From Felis catus (Eukaryota), in NCBI RefSeq assembly GCF_018350175.1, contig NC_058383.1:24678001-24742000 (forward strand): a stretch of 64,000 nucleotides of DNA, given 5' to 3'. A program made the translations under genes and the position numbers. Shown piece by piece: positions 13,001-23,611 of this stretch. Numbering within the stretch: position 1 is the stretch's first letter; the number at the start of each line of letters is the position of its first letter. The notes under the pieces are model-generated. The model saw only the letters and a program-made list of their open reading frames with translations. It was not told the origin of the DNA and ran no database searches.

Positions 13001-13546
13001 TCCGGTACTATTGTCTTACTTGCGGATATCTTCCTTCCTGATTTACATTTTAACTTTAACTGTACATTTTAACTTTCTTCCGGACTCGAAGTCACCGAGC
13101 AAGGCCTCCGTTCTGGCTCTCATTTGTAAATAGAGGCAATAAGAAGCTGGTTCTCAGTATCCTAGAAAGTCTCCGTAGCTTGTACGGGCCCTCGTTTGGG
13201 TCAACCTTCCCCAGCTTGACGCCTCTCGCCCCAGAATAGCCCCTGTTAATCTCCTATTTGTATTCGGGGATCCAAGCGATTCAGCAAAGTTTGAGATGGG
13301 CCCCAAATCGGCATCTCAGAGTCCCCAAACCAGGCCTTCCCTTCCTGGCCTTCGGGCCACTTCCCAAGGCAAGTTCTCGAGGCCAGGGGCGACGACACCG
13401 AGCCGCCCTCGCGAGGTAGGGGTCACACAAGCACGTCTCCTAGCAACGTCGCACCCCCGCCCCCACCCCATCCCTACCCCTGGGGAACCAACCCCTTCCC
13501 CCAGTCTCCCGCGCCAGGAGTCAGCGTCTCCATCCCCTACACTCAC

Positions 13547-13990
13547 TCTGCGTCAGTCCTGCCTTCCCCCACCCACAGAAGCTCCGCAGCCTACCGCGGG
13601 CTAGGAGGAGGCGGCGCCAGGAGCCTAGCTGAGCCGCGGGCGACGGAGGTCGGGCAGGTCCGGTAGGCCAGGCCGGACCAAACCACCGGGAGGACCTCTG
13701 TGGGAGCATTAGTGCCAGGTCGGGAGTAGCCACGAGTCTCCCTTACACTTCATACTGTAGCCCATATTCCGCCGTATACAAACAATATAGCCAACTTCAT
13801 CCTCTCCCTAGTTTCTCTTTACCCCTTCCGCTATCGTTCCCCCCACTCTAGTCAAAAAAATGGTCCAGTCCAGCACCTCCTAGCCCTCCCTCCTCTTCGC
13901 TCGGTCTTTGCCCTTACTTGGCTACAGCTTCGTGCGTCTTTGCGTACGTCGTGACGCAATCTTCCACCCGTTCCTCCCCGCCCCTCTTCA
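13547..13990 (-). other. LYRM1: Probable non-coding first exon(s) of LYRM1; intron 1 would extend off the left edge
   Basis: Inference from recalled synteny (LYRM1 head-to-head with DCUN1D3) plus minus-strand donors at 13918, 13747, 13595 and 13547. No LYRM1 coding sequence found in 1-13500. Confidence 0.5.
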
Positions 13991-14093
13991 ATTCTCCCTC
14001 CTGGAGTCGGCGGCCTGCGGGGTTACCGGAAGTGATGATGCAGGAGGCGATGGAGGGGGCGGGGTTTGGGGGCGGCTGCCGCCGGTGGGCCGC

Positions 14094-14248
14094 AGATGAA
14101 GAGGAGGCGGCGGCAGTGGTGGAAGAAGAGGCGGCGGCGGCGCGGGTAGGGAGCCTGGAAACGCGAGCGGGGATGGTAGGTGGTTTGGACCCGCCGGGCC
14201 GCCGTCGTTTCCAGAAAGGGTTTGACTGGAGGAACCTCTGGAGCAGCT
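14094..14248 (+). other. DCUN1D3: DCUN1D3 non-coding first exon (TSS approximate)
   Basis: Within the CpG island, downstream of ETS and GC boxes. Donor GCT|GTGAGT at 14248/14249 is followed by intronic G-runs. An alternative donor ATG|GTAGGT lies at 14175/14176. Confidence 0.75.
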
Positions 14249-15964
14249 GTGAGTTTGGGGGGGGGGGCTTTTGAGGAAAAGGGGGGAGCATTGAGAGATG
14301 AAGGGGCGGGGGTTGGGTACCTTCGAGAAAAGGGGGTGGAAGGGGAGGAGTGGAAATCAGCGCCTTGTCTGGACTGGTCCCTTTGGAGGAAGAGGCTGTG
14401 AGGGGAGCCTGTGGCGTGTCAGCCGCAGGGCTCAAGAAAACTTACCTACGGTGCCTGCCTCCCCACCGCCAGCACCCCTCAACCCAGGCCTGGGGATCTG
14501 GGGGCTGGAGCTGCCCTGGAGAGGGTGCAGACTCTGGCTCTATGCCCCGGGTAAGCGCCGTAAGGTAGGAGTCCAAGCGGGAGGTGGTGGGTGAATCTCC
14601 AGCTCCCTCCTCCCTCATTTCACTCCCCACCCCCATCCTTCTCTTTAATCATTAACAGCCCTGGAATTAAGGGGCTCAGACCTGAAGGCTTTTCTATGCA
14701 CCTTTGCTACAAACGATAACCATCTGTGCCTGAGGTAATGGGGCTGGAAGCTTTGCCCGTGTCCTGTATAGGAAGTGGTACGGGGTGACAAATGTATTGT
14801 TTTTTTTTCCATTCCCTTTCACCCCTTTTCTTCTCCCATATACACCCCTCGTTTCCACTTCAGTTCTCTGTGGCTAGGTGGTAATCATGGTGGTTTTTCT
14901 TTTTTCTTTCTTTTTTTCCCCCCTTTATGTCACTTGGTACCTTGATTACCTCTTTCGAATTTGGTGTTCAGCCTCTATCCCAGATCTTACTGCAAGCTTT
15001 GTAATACTTCAGTTACAGGCTGTGTCACATTGGGAGTACCTCTCAATGCCTGGTAGCTCCAAATTAAGATGAGCATTTTCTCCTATGAATACTGGAATTC
15101 CTAAGGCCTTGCAAGGATTCCTAAATGGCATCATAGCCCAGGAATCAAAGTCTCTTGTTCTAAATACTTTATGTGTGAGGAATTTACATGTTGTCAACTC
15201 TTCCCAAAATGATTTGATGTTAGGCTAATTCTGGATTTCTGTGTTTCTCTCCACCCACACTTCATGATGCACTTCAGAGAACAGAAAACCCCATATTACT
15301 TTTTTGTTTCTGCAGTTGGACAATAGGTTTTTAATCTTTTTCTACATTTGTTGGTCACACAAGTCTTTAGTGGCACATATGATTTGTGCTGATTTCCATC
15401 TTATTTAGCTGATTCTTTGTGTATAGGTGGTCTTAAATGAGAAAATGTGGTGTGTTGTTTTAAAGAAGAATACAAACTAATAACGGATGTGCAAAAATTA
15501 TTTGAACAAGGCAGATAATGACTGGAAAGATCTCTTTATGGATGTTCTCTTGGTTTAAAAAAAAAAAATCACCAAGTAGTGCTCTTTTAGCTTGTCTTAG
15601 AAGTTTTAGAGTGAAATGTAAGAATTCCTATTTTGGTGTTGATATTTTCTTTGGAAATCTGTTGAATGTTGAACTGTGTTTTCTGAAGAACTTTAATAGA
15701 TAGTGCCTAATATTAGGGATCCTTTGATTAGAAAGTGTCCATAAATCCTGGCCCTCTATAACTGAGTTTATGTGCGTATTGCTAGGAGAATTATCATAAC
15801 GGGTCCCATCCGACTCATTAGGGCTTTCAAGCCTGATAAAACAGAATATTTAATGCCTTGATTGTACAAGTAACAGCTTGTTTATGTGTTTCACAGAACT
15901 GTAACAAAAAGAATGACTACTGTTCTCACAATTGATTTGGAACCATTGTATAAAAAGTCCAAAA

Positions 15965-16260
15965 TTCATTCATTCAGCAAGCATTATTGACGAGCAAGTA
16001 AGTGCTAGCCAGTATTTTGGGTTCTGGGTGGGCAAAGGTGAACACAAGCATAAGGTCTGAGCTTTCATGGAGCTTACATTAGAGAGTGTGGGGACAGAGA
16101 ATAAATAAGCAAATAAATCAGATTTTAATAAATGCTGAAGGAAGTAGAGTGATGTGATAGAAAGTGATTGGGATGCAGTCAAGGAAGACCTTTCTTGAGG
16201 AGGTAACACTCAAGCTGAGCTTTAAATACAAAGAGGCCAGCCATGCAAATATAGGGGAAA
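15965..16260 (-). mobile_element. L2 3' end
   Basis: (TTCA)n-GCAAGCATTATTGA, CATGGAGCTTACATT, GGAAGACCTTTCTTGAGGAGGTAAC. Confidence 0.75.
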
Positions 16261-17709
16261 AGGCTTCCAGCTTCTCGGACTAGCTAGTGCAGAAACTGGC
16301 TGAAGTGACTTTGGCAAGTTCCAGGGTCTGGGAAGAAAGGGGTGGGGTGGAAAGGGGGTAGGGAGGTGAGGGAGGATGGGAAAGAGGAGGCAGTAACAGC
16401 CAGAGCCTGGTGAGCAAAGAGGAAATGAAAAAAGTCTAGGTCAGAGAGGTACAGGCTAGGCTCAGAACAGGTAGGCAAAATAAGAGCAAGAAGAAGGAAA
16501 TAGAAAGTGATGCTCCTTTTTGATCAATTCTATTTCCTTTCGTAGAGTATTATCACTTACTGTTTTGCAGGTACTGTTGGACTGTTGGCAATTAAAAAAA
16601 AAAAAAAGTTGCCCTGCTGAGAGTGGGAGAGGAGCCGTCTGTGGTCACCTGGGTCTTTTCTGGCAGATAAATGTCAAGCTGTGTTCAGAATTCAACAAAA
16701 TGTTCAACTGAGAGCACACTTTTTCTCCTTAGAGGATTTTGTCTTGTATGCTATTTAAAATTGCATAGTGGGTACCCTGAATATGTTCTAGTAAATGAAT
16801 CCTCTTTCGCTTCCAGCTGTGTATGAATTTAGGGTTGAAGGTTGGGCAAGTGATAATAATATAACCCCGTTGGTCTACAAAGATGTCCATCAGGATCTAA
16901 GTTTGAAGTTGTTTTTTGTAGGGAGGCAGGTTTTATGTTGCAACATTTCCACTCTTGTCTGGTCTGCCTGATGACTAATAATACTGAGCTGAGGTGTAGG
17001 TTGGTGCTAAAAGTTCACTCGGTGGATTACAGTAGATAAATGACCATTGTGGGCTGAATCCCACTATGTCGGCATCTTTGGGCTGGCATGTAACCAGGGG
17101 ATGTAACCTACTTTTGCCTTCTGTTGGGGCCATTCATTTCCAATAGTCAGCTGCTTTTCAGCCTCACCTTGACCAGATTGTCCACTTGAGAAGCCCAATC
17201 AGGACTCCTCCTTGATTTGGCCCTCTTCTGCCATGTCACAGTGGGCTGAAACAGAAAGAATACGCTGTTTTCTTCTTTTGAACCCCACAACAGTGACTAG
17301 TGTGTTCTTTGAGTGAATTGGCCCTTTGAGCCATGTGGTTGAGAGACTTAAATGTTGCTTGGGCTGTTTGTAGTAGAAGTCGGTATTAGAAATGCTAAGT
17401 AAAACCTTTTAGTGTTTGGGGGAAAACAAATCTGAAATTGAGGACTTGTCACCTGTTTTAAGTTCTGCTACTTTAGTGGAATTGGTAGGTGGATTGCCAG
17501 AACTAACGAATAGGGCTTGCTGGGCAGTCCTCAGGGTAATGAGGGGGGTGGAATAGAGCCTGGTACTGAATTACTGAATTCCGACTTGAATACCAATGGA
17601 AAGTCTTTTAGTTAGCAAGCAAGTGACTGAAGTGAACAGCTAGGACCAGGAAAACAATAGACTCCACTCTTCTGTACTGCAGACTAAGTCAAAGATTGGA
17701 GAACTGATG

Positions 17710-17875
17710 ATATATATATAATATATATAGGTTAAATATATACATATATAATATATATAGGTTAAATATATACATATATTATATATATAGGTTAAATATA
17801 TACATATATAATATATATAGGTTAAATATATACATATATACATATATAATATATATAGGTTAAATATATATAGGT

Positions 17876-17922
<47 letters not shown>
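17710..17922. repeat. 30-bp AT-rich minisatellite followed by (TA)n
   Basis: Unit GTTAAATATATACATATATAATATATATAG; AGGTTAAA cores spaced 30 nt four times, then degenerate copies. Confidence 0.95.
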
Positions 17923-17928
<6 letters not shown>

Positions 17929-20469
17929 CTAGGTTAAAGAGTTTTGGACTTTGTATGCTAATGCTGGGCTTCAGATGCTCTGGCCAATGGATTATTAAGC
18001 TGTCTACTATTCATCTTCATTTCAATGGCTTATTATAACTCAGGTATGAAAATATCCTGTAGGTTGAAATATTATCAGCTAGTTTGTAGACTAGTGGCTC
18101 TTTTCTAATTTCTGAAAGGGGGTGGATATGTAGGAGGGGACTTGAACATGGGGAGAAGCCATTAACTCCTACGTTGGCCACTGATTGTGTTTGGGGAAAG
18201 AATCCACCAATCTAAATGAATGTGGAGTCTTGGAGTTGAGCTGGCCTTTTAATCTAGGGTACCAGTTGATTTCTTTCTTGAACTTTGGGGCTTTTGGACA
18301 AACTCTTCTGAGAGGTGGGCAACCTAGGAGGCCAGTTGATGCCACTTAGTTTTGGAGTCGTATTGCAGTAGACTTAAAATTAATCTGATTTTGCTGTTTT
18401 GGTATCTGTGCTGCAGTAAGAGTTAATTGTACACTGGCTGCCAGTTGTTTTGAGGTGAAGATGTGGTAACTCAGATTGAAACAATGGTAATTACGTGGTA
18501 ACTCCTATTTCCCCAGCTCTTGATAACTTACAATTACTTCTTTGTGTCTCTTTACAGATGTTGATACCAGTGAACCAGGATCAGTTCTCCCTAAATGTTG
18601 CACAGTGTTCTGAAGCTCTTTGTACAAAGGACCAGTGAGTTTGAGTTAGTGTCTTTCACTTCAAATCTAGTTTCACTGGTTCTTGTGTCTGTTTTTCTAG
18701 GTGATGGAAGGTCTTATTTCTTTTGGGAGAACAAAGAGATTATCACAGTACCTCACCATTTAATTAACGATTACAAAGTATAACTCAACATATTAATTTA
18801 GTAAAATAATGAGAAAAAGGGTTGGAAGCTCAAACTCTAATTCTTTGAAGTTGTGATGTGCTGAAAGGAAAAAATGGGAGGGGGAAAGAAAGTCCCACAT
18901 GATCTTCTTTTAGATGTGTGTGAATGAAACTTTATTTAAATACTGTACATCAGAATAGGGAAGATCAGTAAGTCAGTGTTGAGATGGTGATTAGCCCTTG
19001 TGGCAAAATAAGCCACCTATGGCCAGTGCCCATATACCAGCCTGAGTGCATGGAAAGGTAGGCATCATGTTAATGACTCCTCCTGACTTCCTGAGGGTGT
19101 GGCTTTGCTCAGGACTATCCTTTGAGCTGTGCTGTGTTGTTGGGTTTTGGGCTGAATTGCAGTGTGGAAGCTTAGATTGCTATAGGAAACATTCTCTTTG
19201 TCCCTGTTGTGCCATGCTCTGCTGGAGGGCTCAACCTGAGGACTTGAGGACCAGAAATAATTCTGTAACTGAGGCCAGACCAGGTATGACTGACAGAGGA
19301 TCTTGGATAGTACCCCCTGCATAGTGTAGGACTTTTGTTTTTGGAGAGTTGTTTAGCATCTTTTGTAGCTACTGCCCCAGTCTCTGCTTGTCATTCTAGG
19401 AGACAGTGTGCTGGAAAGACTTGCCTCCCCTTATTTTATTAATAGATTGCTTCCACCCTATCAGGACAGCAGAGTTTGGTTCTAGTTTTTAGTTCTTGTT
19501 GGTTGATGAAGGGTTTGGTCTCTCCAGAGTTGGCTTAAAGTGGGTTGGTGTGTGATCTATAATTTTGATTCTGAGTAAGAGTCAAGTAATAGCATTTAAT
19601 GTATTGAATGCAGTTCATTCCTCTTTCTCCAGTTTAGGAAGAAGCTGGAAAAAGACCCTCAAAGAACCTTACTATCTGGTGTGGTGTTTGTTTCAAACTG
19701 GGCTCTGTGGAACTCTTGTGGGTCATTGCTGGAGTACATTTGTGGTTGGGATGAGGGAGTTTTGCTGTCTCCCTTCCATTTCAGCCCACTGTGCTTCACT
19801 CTGTGAAAGTTAACTTTAATATTCTCTTATATTGGGCTTCCACAGAAGATTTCAATGGAACAAAACGTTCTGAGACCAAAAACAGGTTGAAAAGCGGTGA
19901 TTTAGTCAGGTAATGGAAATCTAGAAAGGTTACAGTAAACTTGCTTGAAGTTACAGAGCGGAGTACTGGCAACTATAGGACTAGAATCGGGCCTTCTCTG
20001 TGCTAATTTTGTTTTCTCATTTACTTTACTTCATATGTGTCTTTGTAGACACTTAGTTTGTTTGAGTTGAATTGAAATCATTGCTGCTTGGTCTTTTATA
20101 TATTCTTAGTTCTTTACTCAAACATTTTGTCACAAACTGCTGTTCTTTCAGAGAAGACTCCTTGTAACCACCTTTGAAGCATATGCGAAATGAGGCTATA
20201 AGTGAGTAATGGCACCTGTAAGTAGCTGGCCCTTTCTCTTCAGTATTCCTGAAAGTGACAGTAGTTCTCTCAAATAGGAGTTGAGGCTTTATCTCTGTAA
20301 TTTCTTAAGCCAGTGGGCTGTAGAGAATACCTATTCAAAATGCTGAACCAAATACACTACTTCCTTTTCCCAGTGACTTGCCCTGGAATCCGAACAGGAA
20401 AACCTGGGTATATCCATTGACAGAACAGTTTTAGAACAGCTCTGGGAAAGAACTACAATGGCCACATTC

Positions 20470-20551
20470 CTTTTTTTTTTTCTTTTTTTCTTTTTTTTCT
20501 TTTTTTCTTTTTTTCTTTTTTTCTTTTTTTTCTTTTTTTCTTTTTTTCTTT
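20470..20551. repeat. (T6-8C)n polypyrimidine repeat
   Basis: Direct reading. Confidence 0.95.
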
Positions 20552-20995
20552 GTGAAGCAAATTTGTTTTCAGTTAAACTCTAGCTTTATATCTACTTGAT
20601 TACCTAGTGGCTGCTCTTTAAACTGAAAGGGAAGGGTAAGAATCCACTGCAGTGAGGGCTGGCACTCTAGTAGCCTGGATTCTAGGTGGCAGGATCGTGG
20701 ATACGCTGGAATTCCCAGGTCCTCAGAGGAGACATTTTTCTCAGTTCGAATGACACTTTCTTGCTTCCGAGTACAATTCAAAAGTGAGAAGTGATAGAGT
20801 GAATGCCCTGTTTCCATTTTTTAGAATGTTTCCATGGTTCTTTTTCTCTAGTAAATTAGTTTTTTTTGAAACAACTAGTCATTTGTTCAGTCATTTACTC
20901 AAAACAGTTGGTTATGGCTAATGCCTATGGTAAGGAAAAGTTTGCGGGTTTCCTAACATTTTATGAAAGAGAAAAGTCTAAAGACTTATGAAGGC

Positions 20996-21074
20996 TTTTA
21001 TTTTATTTTATTTTATTTTATTTTATTTTATTTTATTTTACTGTTTATTTAGTTTGGGGGGGAGGGGCAGAGAG

Positions 21075-21107
<33 letters not shown>

Positions 21108-21228
21108 TCCCAAGCAGCCTCCCCCAACACAGCGCTCAGTCCCACAAACCCAAGAATATGACCCGAGCTGAAATAGAGCTGAAATCAAGAGTCGGAAGCT
21201 CAACTGACTGAGCCACTGAAGTGCCCCC
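20996..21228 (-). mobile_element. Can-SINE with (TTTTA)n tail
   Basis: TSD TGAAGGC(T/A)TTTA. Confidence 0.88.
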
Positions 21229-22213
21229 TGAAGGCATTTAGATAGGTGGGTTCAGTGGTGGAAGAAGAGGGTGTGTAGGGAAGGACTTTGGGAAGGTGAG
21301 GTGGTCGGGGTGGTGGTAGTGGTATTGTGGACTGGGTGTATATATAGGGTGAAGAGAAATGCCCATTGGTGGTCCAACTGGGAAAGGGTAGAAAATGCTA
21401 ACGATGGCACTTAGGGGGGGAGGAGTGGGTAGGGAAGGAGCAGGCCCACAAGATTGCCCAACTTCAGGGAACAGTGTTCCCAAGGAGAGGGACGGGGAAC
21501 CTGTGGAGTTGGGTAATCCAGGGGCCCTGACCAGGTCTCTGACCACAAGTGTTCTCTCCCATTACTGGAAAGTATATTTCTGATGGGGAGGGGTGAATGC
21601 AGGGATGCAGTATCTGGTTTGACCAGATTGGTCTTAAAGATTGCTTACTGAGTGTGGCCTAAGTTTTTTGAGATCTCTGTCTCTTTTGATTTTACTTTTG
21701 ACAAATCAGAAGTTGGTAAACAGGAGGGAATGTAATGTCCCTGGTCACATTAGAGTTTGGGTAAAAGTACAAATGAAGCAAATACTAGGCGGTGGTGATT
21801 GTCATTTAGCATCATCTGCTATCCAGAGGGAACAGTTAATGCAAACTATCGAGGTAATTCGTGATTCTCTCATAGGAGAGAATCTCATGGAGACTATAAT
21901 AAATGTGGAATAAATCACAACTTAAATTATTAAAGGATAATCATTTTTGGTTTCAATTTCTACAACATTCCATGTTTTCTTTAGCAGGTCAAATTAGTCC
22001 ATGAGCTTTCTTCTTTTAAAAGAAATTTTATTCTACCAGGTACTTGCAGATCTGTCCATAGAGCCATATTTTCTACTTGCACTGAAAATGTCAGGTAGTG
22101 CTCTGAATTGGTGACAGCTATAGATTTAATGATTAGATGAAGCAGGGAAGTGGCTTCTGAGCACCAGTTAGATTGGTTTTAACGTAAACCTCTTTTTCTG
22201 AGGTTATTAATTA

Positions 22214-22992
22214 TGTTCCAACAACAATTCTCTGACACAACCTGAGTGTCCAACAATTCAATTCTGACACAAACTGCCTGGAGTGAGTGCATACCCCACA
22301 AGTTAATGGTTCAGTCTCATAAGATTGCCCCACTTCAGATACCAGCCACAAGTATCAGGTAGCCCCAGAGTACCTGCACTTCTGTCTGACAGGCTAAAAA
22401 TTTGGGGTTCCTCACAACCTCCCTCCCCCAGGTTCAATAATTGCCAGAACATTTGACTCACAGAACTGGGGAAAGTGTATTTATGATTACAGTTTCACTA
22501 TAAAGGATACAAACCAGGAACAGCCAATTGGAAGAGGGGCATAAGACAAGATCTGAATTGGTACAGCTTGCATGTCCCCCCTTGGTTATTGCTGCCTCCC
22601 AGTACATCAGTGTGTTCACCAAGCCTGGAGCTCCCCTAGCCTGGTTTTAGTTTCAGTTGAGGTTCCTTGATGTAGTCATAACTGATTGAATCATCAGCCT
22701 GGTGATTAAACTCCAGCCACCCTTTGCGCCCCTTCCCTGTGGTCTGGAGATGAGGCTGAAAATTCCAACCTTTTAATCTTGTGTCTGCTCTTTCTGGTGA
22801 GGCCAGCCTCTGCCGTGAAGGTGTCTAAGGGCCCACCCTGAGTCACCTCATTAGCATAAGTTCCAGTGTGGTCCAACCAGGATCCTTACGAATAACAAAG
22901 GACACTTCTATCTGTAAGAACATACCAAGAGTTTTAGGAGCTCTGGCACAAACTGGAGACAAAGACCAAATATATTTTTTTATTCTACTACA
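22214..22992. mobile_element. MER21-family (ERVL) solo LTR
   Basis: AATTCAATTCTGACAC...CCCCACAAGTTAA...CCCCACTTCAGATACCAGCCACAAGT...GACTCACAGAACT...GAGTCACCTCATTAGCATAA...GACAAAGACCAAATATATTTTTT; TG...CA ends. Confidence 0.75.
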
Positions 22993-23319
22993 CTAATAAT
23001 CCAGCTTTGCATTCCATAAGTAGATGCTACCTAGAGAAGGCTACCTAAAGTTAATTTAGATGAGAAGTAACAGTATGCATTTATTGTTAATTTGATGGAG
23101 GTTTTGGTCAAGAGAGTGCAAATTAAATAGCTTCAGATTACAAAAGAACAAACTTCTCCCTCAGTCAATATGAAATGGCATTCTCAGAATGTGTTATAGT
23201 TTCTTGGATTTCACAGGTGCTGTAGCTCTAGACTTGCCTAGTGCAAGAAATGAGCTCCCTTAATAAGAAATCAATTACACAATATTCATGTTTTCTTTTG
23301 GTGTGACGTTAAAAAGATT

Positions 23320-23533
23320 CAGGTGTACATAGTGCACTGGTTAAGAGCGTCAGCCTAGTCTGGGTTTTAGTCTGAACTTTACCACCTACTTAAATGTTGA
23401 TCTTGGATGAGCCACTTACATCTCTAAGTCTCATTTTTATATTTTTCATGTATAAAGGGAGGATAATCATAGCAAATACTTGTAAGTCAGTAAGACAGTC
23501 CATTTGAAGGCTTTGGCACCGTGCCTGGCATGC

Positions 23534-23610
<77 letters not shown>

Positions 23611-23611
23611 C
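23320..23611. repeat. MIR followed by a compound (TA)n(CA)n microsatellite (23537-23611)
   Basis: GGTTAAGAGC..., MIR core; microsatellite read directly. Confidence 0.8.

Larger units (their letters stand above)
13330..14600. promoter_or_regulatory. CpG island / bidirectional promoter (DCUN1D3 +, probable LYRM1 -)
   Basis: Only CpG-dense, GC-rich segment in the window. No TATA box seen. ETS ACCGGAAGTG 14025-14034, GC box GGGGCGGGG 14056-14064, TGACGCAA 13952-13959, X-box-like GTCTCCTAGCAAC 13435-13447. Confidence 0.9.

Noticed and set aside
1..13300. LYRM1 coding exons
   Set aside because: Searched by eye for an LYR-motif N-terminus (about MTTATRQEVLGLYR) on the minus strand; not found, so presumably left of the window.
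13918..14172. Upstream extension of the uORF frame (ATGs at 14035, 14038, 14050)
   Set aside because: These overlap the ETS and GC-box promoter motifs and probably lie upstream of the TSS; relevant only if CAGE shows longer leaders.
13914..14435. 173-aa minus-strand ORF and other ORFs across the CpG island
   Set aside because: Low-complexity Pro/Ala/Ser translations typical of GC-rich DNA; no recognisable domain and not LYRM1 protein.
17710..17880. Regularly spaced repeats resembling a CRISPR array
   Set aside because: No unique spacers; eukaryotic AT-rich minisatellite.
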